This document shows positions 24,169 through 31,753 of a stretch of DNA of 34,511 bases, piece by piece. Below the pieces are notes generated by a model. The model saw nothing but the letters and a program-made list of their open reading frames with translations. It was not told the origin of the DNA and made no database searches. The stretch is from an uncultured Candidatus Saccharibacteria bacterium (GTDB taxonomy: Bacteria; Patescibacteriota; Minisyncoccia; Sungbacterales; SURF-37), in assembly GCA_964373475.1 (NCBI GenBank), contig CAYJUX010000001.1, positions 1 to 34,511 of the forward strand, given 5' to 3'. The translations under genes were made by a program, and so were the position numbers. The first letter of the stretch is position 1. Every line of letters starts with the position of its first letter.

Positions 24169-25473
24169 GTCATTTTTCGCGCAGTAGCGCATAGCCCGGA
24201 ACCAGGTGCGAGCGGCCACCCGCCAGGGAAGAATGGAAAGGAGGTAGCAGAGTTCAACCAGCTGCTTGAGGCACCAGCCGGCGAAGCCGAAGAATTTTAT
24301 AATGACCAGGTCCGTTACCGCGTATTTCCCGCCGACGGCGAGGATGAACGGGTACTCGCGAGCGGGACGGAAGGATTTTTTCCCCTGCCCGGTTATCTCG
24401 GCGATGATATTTTTTACGGCCAGCCGCGCTCCGGCCTCGGCGACCGGTACGTTCCCGGCCAGGGGTCTCCCGGTTTTGGGGTGGATGAAATACGCATTGT
24501 CGCCGATGGCGTAGACGCGTCCGGACGGGAGCGCTACCCCCGGGGCGGGCGCTCCCGTCTCCGGGCGCGCTTCAAGGAATGCATTGACCGCGATACTCCC
24601 CTTGGTGGTCAGGGACAGAGCGAAGTTTTTAAGGACTGATGGCGGGCGGACCCCGCCGGCCCAGATAAGGATGTGGTAGGGGAGGGTTTTGCCGCTATCT
24701 AAGAGGACGTCCGTTACCCATACTTCCCGTATGCGGGTAGCGGTAAGAATGGAAACCCCAAGTTTTTTCAGGCGGCGCGTCGCCCGCTGGATAACCTCCC
24801 CGCTAAAGCCAGGCAGGATCTGGGGCGAGGCCTCGATAAGGGTAATTTCTTCCCGATATTTTCCGGCTGGCATATGCCTTTTTAAGTGACAGAGAAAGTT
24901 TACCAGTTCCGCTGCAAGCTCCACGCCGGTGGCTCCGCCGCCGGCGACGAGAATACGGAAGTTCCCCGCCGTGACCCGGATGAGGTCTTCCATGCGATTT
25001 CGGAGGCCGAGCGCATCCGCAAAGGTTTTTACCGGGAACGAGCGCTCCGCCATACCGGGGATACCGAGGAAATCCGTCTCGGCGCCCAGGGCTACGATAA
25101 GGTATTCAAAGTTCAGCTGATTGCCGCTGGCAAATGTGATGAGGTGGCGCCCCGGATCAATGGCGCGTGCGGTTTCCCCAATGAACCGGACGCCGGGAAG
25201 GCGCCGGATGATGTCCGCAATGGGAATGCAGATGGAGGTCCTCAGCCGTGCCGTGCCTGCCGCGCCCCGGGGGATGGCCGCGATCTCGTAGAGCGCGGGC
25301 GTGTAGAGATGGTATGCGTTTTGGTCCACGAGGACGATAGGGTAGCGATGCCCGAGACGGCGCCGCCGGAGACCGCGGTGCAATTTTAAAAGTGCCGTGA
25401 TCCCGCCGAATCCGGCACCGAGTACGACGATGTTTTTTTGCCCTGATTCAAGTATTGCCACGCCCGATGACAT
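24166..25473 (-). CDS. NDH-2-like FAD/NAD(P)-dependent oxidoreductase (pyridine nucleotide-disulfide family) with a C-terminal hydrophobic tail
   Basis: KNIVVLGAGFGGITALLKL... and a second GxGxxG (ILVAGGGATGVELAAEL); 435 aa. Confidence 0.85.
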   Translation of the reverse strand: MSSGVAILESGQKNIVVLGAGFGGITALLKLHRGLRRRRLGHRYPIVLVDQNAYHLYTPALYEIAAIPRGAAGTARLRTSICIPIADIIRRLPGVRFIGETARAIDPGRHLITFASGNQLNFEYLIVALGAETDFLGIPGMAERSFPVKTFADALGLRNRMEDLIRVTAGNFRILVAGGGATGVELAAELVNFLCHLKRHMPAGKYREEITLIEASPQILPGFSGEVIQRATRRLKKLGVSILTATRIREVWVTDVLLDSGKTLPYHILIWAGGVRPPSVLKNFALSLTTKGSIAVNAFLEARPETGAPAPGVALPSGRVYAIGDNAYFIHPKTGRPLAGNVPVAEAGARLAVKNIIAEITGQGKKSFRPAREYPFILAVGGKYAVTDLVIIKFFGFAGWCLKQLVELCYLLSILPWRVAARTWFRAMRYCAKND

Positions 25474-25493
25474 TTTAGCAAAAACGGACTACG

Positions 25494-26609
25494 ATGGGAA
25501 CCATGCTGCGATATCTCTCCAAAAGTTCTGTGAGGGGAAAACGCGTGCTGGTCCGGGTCGATGTCAATGTTCCCATGCAGAGCGGGCGCGTCAACGATGA
25601 TTTTCGCATCCGCGCCGTACTCCCAACCATCCGCCGGCTCCTCGGCCATGGCAACCGGGTGATATTGTTTTCGCATCATTCCGATCGCGGCCAGACACTG
25701 CTCCCGGTTGCCCGTGTTTTGAGCCGGCTGCTGGGCGAGGACGTTGCCTTTATTCGGGATCCGGCGAGTAGCAATAGAACTCGCCGCGAACGCGTGTTAC
25801 TCATGGAGAATCTCCGCTTTTGGCCGGGGGAGGAGGCGGCCAGCCCTCACTTCGGGCGGCTCCTCGCCCGCTGGGGCGATGTGTTCGTGAATGACGCGTT
25901 TAGTGTTTCGCATCGCCGGAGCGCCTCTCTTACCCTTTTGCCCCGTCTTTTACCCTCTTACCTCGGGATCACTTTTGAGAAGGAGTTGGCGCTGGTGAGC
26001 CGATCAATGGGCGGCGCCAAGCATCCGCTGGTGGTCATTGTCGGCGGAGCGAAAATGCGAACAAAACTCGGCTTATTGCAGCGCCTGGCCCGCATTGCCG
26101 ACGGCCTGGTGGTCGGAGGCGGGGCGGCCAATACCCTGCTCCGCGCCAAGGGTATTGCCATTGGCCGCTCGCTTTCAGCTCCGGCCAGCGCGTCTATCAG
26201 GAAATTGGCGCGCTCGCAAAAACTGCTCCTGCCGGTTGACGCGGTGGTCCGGGGCCGTCGCGTGCGCATCGTTCCCATTCATAAGATCGGGGCCAATGAA
26301 CGCGTTCTTGATATCGGGCCGAAGACCGTAGCGCTCATTCGGAATTCTATTCGCTCGTCCCGCACCATCATCTGGAGCGGGCCACTGGGGCTTTGCGAGG
26401 AGAAGAGATTTGCTTCCGGCACGCTCGCGGTCGCCCGCATGCTGGCCCGCAGCCGGGGATCCGTGCTGGTCGGCGGGGGAGATACGGTCGCATTTCTCCG
26501 ACGGGTTGGGTTGGCAAGGCGCTTTCGGCACCTCTCGACCGGCGGCGGGGCAATGCTCGCCTACCTCGCGGGTGAAAAACTTCCTGGCCTTGAGGCCCTG
26601 CGGCGATGA
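25494..26609 (+). CDS. pgk: Phosphoglycerate kinase
   Basis: ...GKRVLVRVDVNVPM...RIRAVLPTI...; 371 aa, PGK N- and C-domain motifs (...GGGDTVA...STGGGA). Confidence 0.93.
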   Translation: MGTMLRYLSKSSVRGKRVLVRVDVNVPMQSGRVNDDFRIRAVLPTIRRLLGHGNRVILFSHHSDRGQTLLPVARVLSRLLGEDVAFIRDPASSNRTRRERVLLMENLRFWPGEEAASPHFGRLLARWGDVFVNDAFSVSHRRSASLTLLPRLLPSYLGITFEKELALVSRSMGGAKHPLVVIVGGAKMRTKLGLLQRLARIADGLVVGGGAANTLLRAKGIAIGRSLSAPASASIRKLARSQKLLLPVDAVVRGRRVRIVPIHKIGANERVLDIGPKTVALIRNSIRSSRTIIWSGPLGLCEEKRFASGTLAVARMLARSRGSVLVGGGDTVAFLRRVGLARRFRHLSTGGGAMLAYLAGEKLPGLEALRR

Positions 26610-27052
26610 AAAAAATAATACCGGATATTATTATCTATACCGATGGCGGTTCCCGCGGTAATCCCGGGCCGGCGGCTATCGGCGTGGCGTTGGCGGACCG
26701 CAGGGGGCAGGTTATAAAGCGTTACGGCAAAACCATTGGCCGCAAGACCAATAACGAGGCGGAGTACGAGGCCGTGCTCTTTGGCCTTACGAAGGCACGG
26801 GCACTCTACGGCAAAGATCGCATACAGAAGATGGTCTTTGAGGTGCGGATGGACTCCGAACTGGTATGCCGGCAACTGGAGGGCCAATACAAGATAGAGG
26901 AGGAGCGGCTGTGGCCGCTTTTCATGGGGATCTGGAATACCAGGCGCGATTTCGGCGCACTTCTATTCCGCCATGTCCGGCGCGAGGAAAACCGCGAGGC
27001 CGACCGCCTGGTCAATGAGGCCCTGGACCGCGAGCAGGGGACCCTGCTTTGA
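26606..27052 (+). CDS. rnhA: Ribonuclease HI family protein
   Basis: IIIYTDGGSRGNPGPAAIG...NNEAEYEAVLFGL...ENREADRLVNEAL (DEDD catalytic pattern); ATGA overlap with pgk. Confidence 0.85.
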   Translation: MKKIIPDIIIYTDGGSRGNPGPAAIGVALADRRGQVIKRYGKTIGRKTNNEAEYEAVLFGLTKARALYGKDRIQKMVFEVRMDSELVCRQLEGQYKIEEERLWPLFMGIWNTRRDFGALLFRHVRREENREADRLVNEALDREQGTLL

Positions 27053-27060
27053 GACCAGGT

Positions 27061-27122
27061 GGATGGGGTCCCAATGGATGGGGTCCCAATGGGTGGCGGT
27101 TTCAATGGATGGCGGTTTCACC
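27061..27122. repeat. Tandem direct repeats, 2 x 15 nt + 2 x 16 nt
   Basis: ggatggggtcccaat x2 (perfect), then gggtggcggtttcaat / ggatggcggtttcacc. Lies 77 nt upstream of the PaaX-like gene. Confidence 0.9.
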
Positions 27123-27198
27123 GGACACCCTCCTCCATCCCAATTTTTGCTATCGCGGAAATATTGATGGTATTAGAGATTTGGGTTAGCATCGGGGT

Positions 27199-27765
27199 AT
27201 GGCGCGGCCGCGGGGTGAGATCAGTAGAACGATCCTGATGCTCCTGCTCGGCGGTTTCGCGTTGGGGCTGAGCGGCTCACCCCGCCGCTACGCACTGATC
27301 CTCCGGCAGCTCAAAAAGGAATTTTGCAGGATCCAATACGAAGCGGCCGCAGAAGCGGTGCGGAAGCTCTATCGGAGTAAACTGGTTGATTACCACGAGG
27401 ATCGGGAGGGGACGATCACGCTTTTCCTTACCGAGCAGGGAAAGCAGCGGGCGATCAGCGCTAAATTGGACCAGCTTTCCATTCCGAAGCCGCAGCAATG
27501 GGATGGCAAGTGGCGGCTGGTGATGTTTGATATTCCCGAGCGGTTCAAAAGAGCGCGGGATGCACTCCGTATGCAGCTGAAGCAGCTGGGATTCCTTGAA
27601 TTCCAGCGGAGCGTATTCGTGCATCCGTTCGAATGCCGCGATGAAGCCGATTTTATCATTGAGTTCTATCAGGTCCGTCCGTGGGTGCGGTACGCCACCG
27701 CCGAGGCCATCGATGTTGATCCCCATCTCCGACTGAAGTTCCGCCGTATTATTGGATCAGCTTAA
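27199..27765 (+). CDS. PaaX-C-terminal / Cas2-fold-like domain protein with a hydrophobic N-terminus (putative regulator)
   Basis: WDGKWRLVMFDIPERFKRARDALRMQLKQLGFLEFQRSVFVHPFECRDEADFIIEFY matches the W-x-G-x-W..FDIPE..R..LR..L..GF..Q.SVFV.P pattern of PaaX-like/Cas2-like ferredoxin-fold proteins. Confidence 0.6.
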   Translation: MARPRGEISRTILMLLLGGFALGLSGSPRRYALILRQLKKEFCRIQYEAAAEAVRKLYRSKLVDYHEDREGTITLFLTEQGKQRAISAKLDQLSIPKPQQWDGKWRLVMFDIPERFKRARDALRMQLKQLGFLEFQRSVFVHPFECRDEADFIIEFYQVRPWVRYATAEAIDVDPHLRLKFRRIIGSA

Positions 27766-27809
27766 TTTATGCGATCGCGCGGATATTGATGATGGATTTT
27801 TTTTGAGCA

Positions 27810-27836
27810 CAAAACGCCCGCGAAGCGGGCGTTTTG
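27810..27836. terminator. Bidirectional intrinsic terminator (12-bp stem around a GCGAAGC core)
   Basis: caaaacgcccgc-gaa-gcgggcgttttg, followed by taattttgtt on the + strand and by gtgctcaaaaaaaa on the - strand. Lies between the PaaX-like gene and the rnpB 3' end. Confidence 0.7.
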
Positions 27837-27872
27837 TAATTTTGTTCCCCATTCCGGTAAGCCGAATTCTGT

Positions 27873-27904
27873 CCCCGCCCCTGTTTTGAAAAACAGGGGC
27901 GGGG
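27873..27904. repeat. Perfect 14-bp hairpin inside rnpB, between the putative P2 3' strand and the ACAGAA (P4 3') strand
   Basis: ccccgcccctgttt-tgaa-aaacaggggcgggg. Confidence 0.7.
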
Positions 27905-28210
27905 GATGGCCATCTGTCTAGCCCCGCAATTACTTGCGGGATCAAGCGGGTCCCCCAGCCCCATGAAACTGGGGCTGGGCCCCCTTGCACCAGGTAGGTG
28001 TTTTCCTCACCCCGCAAGTCGCCTTGCGGGACTGTGGGCTCTTACCGTACCCCGCGTGCCGCCGGCATAGCCTATGGCGACGCTCGGCCGAAGCGGAGCA
28101 CCCCGCGTAGGCGGGCCACTCTTTTCACCCTTTACCTCCTCCACGCTGGAAACTTTTAGGGTTTCCGTAGTGACGATCGGTAGTATGGTCTCTGTGGTAC
28201 TGTCCCGTTC

Positions 28211-28313
28211 CCCCTCACCGATTTTACATCCGAGTTCTGTCCTGCTATACAATCGCTTCACGCAAAATTGAACGCTGTCGGTTAGTAATCTCCGATGTAA
28301 AATCGGTGAGGGG
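28211..28313. repeat. Palindromic element, family B copy 1 (103 nt), at the P9 position of rnpB
   Basis: TIR cccctcaccgattttacatccgag / ctccgatgtaaaatcggtgagggg (23/24). Lies immediately 3' of the P8-like hairpin in RNA sense. Confidence 0.8.
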
Positions 28314-28398
28314 TATGGTGGCCGTTAGCCACTACCTTTGACCCCAATGCTCCGCATTGGATGCGAAACACTGGAGACGGTGTTCGGACTTTCCTCAT

Positions 28399-28500
28399 CC
28401 CTCACCAATTTTACACCCAAGCACTGCCCTATCATTCAATCGCTTCGCGCAGAATTGACATGCTATCGCTCAGAAATCTCCGATGTAAAATTGGTGAGGG
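28399..28500. repeat. Palindromic element, family B copy 2 (102 nt), at the P3 position of rnpB
   Basis: TIR ccctcaccaattttacaccc / ctccgatgtaaaattggtgaggg. About 75% identical to copy 1 without indels. Ends 2 nt before GAGGAAAGUCC in RNA sense. Confidence 0.8.
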
Positions 28501-28530
28501 ACGCGGCCATCCAGAACAGGGAACAGCATA

Positions 28531-28559
28531 AACATAGCAGGATACTAGAAGGAAGTCAA
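28531..28559 (-). promoter_or_regulatory. Promoter candidate for rnpB: TTGACT-17 nt-TATGTT
   Basis: Minus strand has ttgact (rc of 28554-28559) and tatgtt (rc of 28531-28536). The predicted TSS falls ~6-7 nt downstream, at the start of the proposed P1 strand. Confidence 0.45.
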
Positions 28560-28618
28560 GAGGCGTCAAGGTGCTTTCAAGAGTCGGCGCAGATGCGGTA
28601 TCGGACTTCAAGAGACCC

Positions 28619-29200
28619 TTATTCCACAATGACCGTACCGGTCATAGAGGGATGCGGCGCGCAGTGGTAGCCGAAGCTTCCCTTCTCGCTGAAGGCGCGC
28701 GCAAACGTTTGCCCCTGACTCAACGTGTTGCTCCCGAATGCGCCGTTGTCCGCCGTTACCGTATGACCCGCGGCGTCCTGGTGCGTCCAGCGCACCGTGG
28801 TACCGGCCTTTATGCGGACCTCGGCGGGCAGGAAAGCGAAGTTTTTTATCGTCACATCAACCGTTGCCGGGACTTGCGCGGCTGGCGGTGGGGTTGGCGG
28901 CTGAGGCGGAGGCGTTGGCGTGGGCGTCGGCGCGGGCGCCGGGAGTGACGAGGCCGGCGGCGGGGTCTTTGGGGGCGCCGGTGTGGGCGCCTGTGACGGC
29001 GCGGTCGGCGGCGGGGTTAGCGGCGTTTGCCCTGAGCTGGTCGAAGGGGGCGGAGGCGTAGTGGGTATAGACGGCAATGCGCCTTTTTGGCCCGATGGAA
29101 CGGGCGCGGACGCCGGGGCGTCCTGTTTTTGCGTCTTGAGGATGAATCCAGCGACGACGACCGCGAGAACGATGACGATGATGGTAACTACTGCTTTCAT
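28619..29200 (-). CDS. Membrane-anchored cupredoxin (plastocyanin/amicyanin-like blue copper protein) with a Pro-rich linker
   Basis: N-terminal TM helix, ~70-aa P/T/S/A linker, and a C-terminal domain ...VRWTHQDAAGHTV...YHCAPHPSMTGTVIVE with type-1 Cu ligands H..C..H..M. Confidence 0.8.
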   Translation of the reverse strand: MKAVVTIIVIVLAVVVAGFILKTQKQDAPASAPVPSGQKGALPSIPTTPPPPSTSSGQTPLTPPPTAPSQAPTPAPPKTPPPASSLPAPAPTPTPTPPPQPPTPPPAAQVPATVDVTIKNFAFLPAEVRIKAGTTVRWTHQDAAGHTVTADNGAFGSNTLSQGQTFARAFSEKGSFGYHCAPHPSMTGTVIVE

Positions 29201-29319
29201 TTGGGGGTATGGATGAATGAATGAGCATTTGGTGCGACCGTATGGATATTCCCCTTGAGGATATCTCTAGCGTAAACAACTCCTGTTGCCGGGTCAACGC
29301 CAAGTCCTATCAAGAGAAG

Positions 29320-29476
29320 GGGATTGCACTCCCATCTCCAGCTTACCTCGCTCAGATATTGCTCGGATATGCGGCCAGCGGGGATCGAACCTGCGTTTCG
29401 AGCTTGCTTCCACACCAATGCGAGTGACGGGGATCGAACCCGTGTCCCCAGCTCTTGCCCTCCCACCTTTTCGCTG
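29320..29476 (-). pseudogene. Tandem tRNA 3'-half relics (two clear, one degraded)
   Basis: Minus strand carries T-arm + acceptor 3' strands acgggttcgatccccgt-cactcgc-a (29419-29443) and gcaggttcgatccccgc-tggccgc-a (29370-29394). No matching 5' halves exist. A third, weaker unit lies around 29320-29368. Confidence 0.6.
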
Positions 29477-29564
29477 ATGCGGGATACCAGAATCGAACTG
29501 GTACTTACTGCTTGGGAAGCAGCCGTTCTGCCACTAAACTAATCCCGCGTAAAAGGTGGGAGGG
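29458..29564. repeat. Perfect 14-bp inverted repeat bracketing tRNA-Gly
   Basis: ccctcccacctttt (29458-29471) and aaaaggtgggaggg (29551-29564). Confidence 0.9.
29478..29548 (-). tRNA. tRNA-Gly (anticodon CCC), CCA not encoded
   Basis: gcgggat-ta-gttt-agtggca-gaac-g-gctgc-ttCCCaa-gcagt-aagt-accag-ttcgatt-ctggt-atcccgc-a folds into a canonical 71-nt cloverleaf. Confidence 0.88.
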
Positions 29565-29565
29565 T

Positions 29566-29602
29566 GAAGGAAGCTGATGTTCTGCCACTATATTAATGTC
29601 GC
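29566..29602 (-). pseudogene. tRNA-Gly 5'-half-like relic overlapping the gatB stop codon
   Basis: Minus-strand gcgacattaatatagtggcagaacatcagcttcc compared with the tRNA-Gly sequence gcgggattagtttagtggcagaacggctgcttcc. Confidence 0.5.
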
Positions 29603-31065
29603 TTGCTCAATTTCTCACGGAGTAAATTCTGTACGGCATCGGGGTTGGCGCCGCGCATTTGCTTCATAACCTGGCCGACGAGGAACTGCAAGGCGCCGGC
29701 ATTGCCGGCTTGGTAGTCGTCCACGGCTTTTTTATTCTCGGTGAGCACGGCATCAAGCAGAGTGCCCAGGGTTGAGTCGTCCGAAATCTGCCAAAGTCCT
29801 TTTTCCTCAATAATGATAGAGGGGTCGGCGCCATGGGCCATCATTTCGGCCAGCACTTCCTTTCCCGCTTTTGAGGATATTTTCCCCGCGCTAAGATAGG
29901 CGATCAATTCCGCGAAGTTTTCGGGGTCCAGTCGCTCGCGGATAGGCGCGCCGGCCAGGCGGCTCAATACATCCGTCGTGAGGTAGTTTGCGGCAAGCGG
30001 GAACGCCCGGGGGTCATTCTTTTCTCCGCCGGCCGCGGCAAGCCATGGGGGGAGTTCGGATACGGTGGCCTCAAAAAAAGCCGCCACATCCCGGTCCTGG
30101 ACCAGTATGGAGGCAAGTTTGGCGCTTATCTTAAATTCGTCCCGGAAACGGGCAAGCTTTTGGGCGGGCAGTTCGGGGAGCGAGCGCTTGAGCTCCTCAA
30201 TGGTTTCCGGGGTGATCGTAAGCGGGGGCAGGTCCGGCTCGGGGAAGTAGCGATAATCTTCTGACCCCTCTTTTAAGCGCTGGCCCACGGTTACCCCGCG
30301 CTGGGCATCCCAGCCCCGCGTTTCCTGGACCACCCCTTCCCCGCGCTCCAAAAGGCCGGCTTGGCGGACAACTTCATATCGAATGGCATCCTCCACGAAA
30401 CGGAATGAGTTGATGTTTTTCAGCTCCACTTTGGTACCGAGCGTATCTGTACCGATAGGCCGAATAGATACATTGGCCTCAATGCGCATTTCTCCTTTTT
30501 CCATATTGGCCTCCGATGCTCCGACATATTGGAAAATACGCTGGATATTTTGGGCGGCCAGGCGCGCGTCGGCGGCAGTGCCAAGATCGGGCTCGGTCAC
30601 GAGTTCCATCAGTGGGATGCCGGCGCGGTTGAAATCAACCAGCGTCGCCTTGGAGGCGGGATCGTGGACGAGGCGTCCGGTGTCCTCTTCCAGATGCACC
30701 CGCCGGATACGGAGCCGCCTTACCTCGCCTTCGGCATCCGCGAACTCAAGCATACCGCTCTGGACCAGCGGGAGGGCGTACTGCGAGATCTGATAGCCCT
30801 TGGGGAGGTCGGGGTAAAAATAATTCTTGCGTTCAAATTGGGTGGCGAGGGCGACTCTCCCCGAAAGCGCGAGGCCGACGCGGAGCACATGTTCCACCGC
30901 GGCGCGATTTATGACCGGCAGAGTTCCGGGGTGCGCCATGCACACCGGGCAGATGTTTATGTTTGGCCTCGCCTCATCGGGGTCGTTCAAAGAATCGCAG
31001 AACATCTTGGTCCTCGTTTTGAGTTCGGCGTGAATCTCTAACCCAATTACTGGCTCCCACGTCAT
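29593..31065 (-). CDS. gatB: Asp-tRNA(Asn)/Glu-tRNA(Gln) amidotransferase subunit B
   Basis: MTWEPVIGLEIHAELKTRTKMFC...CPVCMAHPGTLPV...; 490 aa, canonical GatB. Confidence 0.95.
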   Translation of the reverse strand: MTWEPVIGLEIHAELKTRTKMFCDSLNDPDEARPNINICPVCMAHPGTLPVINRAAVEHVLRVGLALSGRVALATQFERKNYFYPDLPKGYQISQYALPLVQSGMLEFADAEGEVRRLRIRRVHLEEDTGRLVHDPASKATLVDFNRAGIPLMELVTEPDLGTAADARLAAQNIQRIFQYVGASEANMEKGEMRIEANVSIRPIGTDTLGTKVELKNINSFRFVEDAIRYEVVRQAGLLERGEGVVQETRGWDAQRGVTVGQRLKEGSEDYRYFPEPDLPPLTITPETIEELKRSLPELPAQKLARFRDEFKISAKLASILVQDRDVAAFFEATVSELPPWLAAAGGEKNDPRAFPLAANYLTTDVLSRLAGAPIRERLDPENFAELIAYLSAGKISSKAGKEVLAEMMAHGADPSIIIEEKGLWQISDDSTLGTLLDAVLTENKKAVDDYQAGNAGALQFLVGQVMKQMRGANPDAVQNLLREKLSKRH

Positions 31066-31080
31066 GCAGGTAAATTAACA

Positions 31081-31110
31081 TAAAACATCCGCTCTGACAA
31101 GCGGATGTTT
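31081..31110 (-). terminator. Hairpin terminator downstream of the MerR-like gene
   Basis: aaaacatccgc-(8 nt)-gcggatgtttt, with a T-rich 3' side on the minus strand. Confidence 0.5.
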
Positions 31111-31133
31111 TACATTCTAATCTGGTTCGAACC

Positions 31134-31364
31134 CTACACCTCGGCGCTAATCTGTAATTTTTGAACCTCGCCGCGGCGCGGCCCGGTTTTTTTCATCTCA
31201 GCGATGAAATCAGCCACATCGGCATAGCGGTACATGCGGTAGTTATTGACTGGGTTACGGAAGGCCAAAAGCACGCCCTTGCGGTCCCAGTTGCGAAGTG
31301 TCAAGGGGGTAACGCCGATAATTTTAGAAACTTCGCGGATCGTAATATAGCGCTCGTCCATCAT
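31134..31364 (-). CDS. Small MerR-family helix-turn-helix DNA-binding protein (76 aa)
   Basis: YITIREVSKIIGVTPLTLRNWDRKGVLLAFRNPVNNYRMYRYADV matches the MerR N-terminal HTH pattern. Confidence 0.7.
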   Translation of the reverse strand: MMDERYITIREVSKIIGVTPLTLRNWDRKGVLLAFRNPVNNYRMYRYADVADFIAEMKKTGPRRGEVQKLQISAEV

Positions 31365-31753
31365 AAAGGTCTTCGTATACTATCAAGCTTTAGTAAAGTT
31401 CCCGTAGCAAGGTTTATATAAATGCACCAACGTTTTTAATTCCTCGGGCACCTAATCCTAAAACATGATCCTATTTTACCGCCATCGCCGGATGAGCGGA
31501 AACTTGTTATCCACAGCTAAAATGCGAGGAATGGCACGGTAGTATGGAGATATACGGAACATATGCAAAAGTTCTTCCCAGGATGTGCAGCGCTTTTACA
31601 CCGACTACCCAGATAACAATTTTTTGCTCCAAGGACATTCATGGGCGGGTTCTGCATCGGCACTTCGCAGGGCAGGAGTAATCCATTCGGAATGGCTTCG
31701 TATATCCGGGGCCCAAGAATTTTTGGCGCGCTCTGCACCTGGGGAATAGAGAA

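Larger units (their letters stand above)
27843..28525 (-). ncRNA. rnpB: RNase P RNA, bacterial type A, unusually long (~680 nt)
   Basis: Minus-strand motifs: GAGGAAAGUCCGAAC (rc of 28382-28396), GUGGCUAACGGCCAC (P8-like), CCACAGAGACC, AAAGGGUGAAAAGAGUG, CGGUAAGAGCCCAC, CCCGCAA-GUAA-UUGCGGG + GCUAGACAGAUGGCC, and ACAGAAUUCGGCUUA (rc of 27858-27872). A 15-bp P1 forms between 28511-28525 and 27843-27857. The ends are approximate. Confidence 0.8.

Noticed and set aside
24133-24639. 168-aa + strand ORF and other + ORFs (24886-25389) inside the NDH-2-like gene
   Set aside because: They are antisense to a 435-aa ORF with two clear Rossmann GxGxxG motifs, and they have no motifs of their own.
29370-29476. 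Two additional complete tRNA genes next to tRNA-Gly
   Set aside because: Only T-arm + acceptor 3' strands are present. The upstream 20-30 nt cannot form anticodon or D arms, and no complementary acceptor 5' strand (gcgagtg / gcggcca) exists nearby. They are treated as relics.
31507-31515. Perfect DnaA box TTATCCACA in the 390-nt non-coding region, suggesting a possible oriC
   Set aside because: It is a single consensus box with no cluster of additional boxes, no AT-rich unwinding element and no dnaA/dnaN context. One exact 9-mer is not improbable by chance in 69 kb of two-strand sequence.
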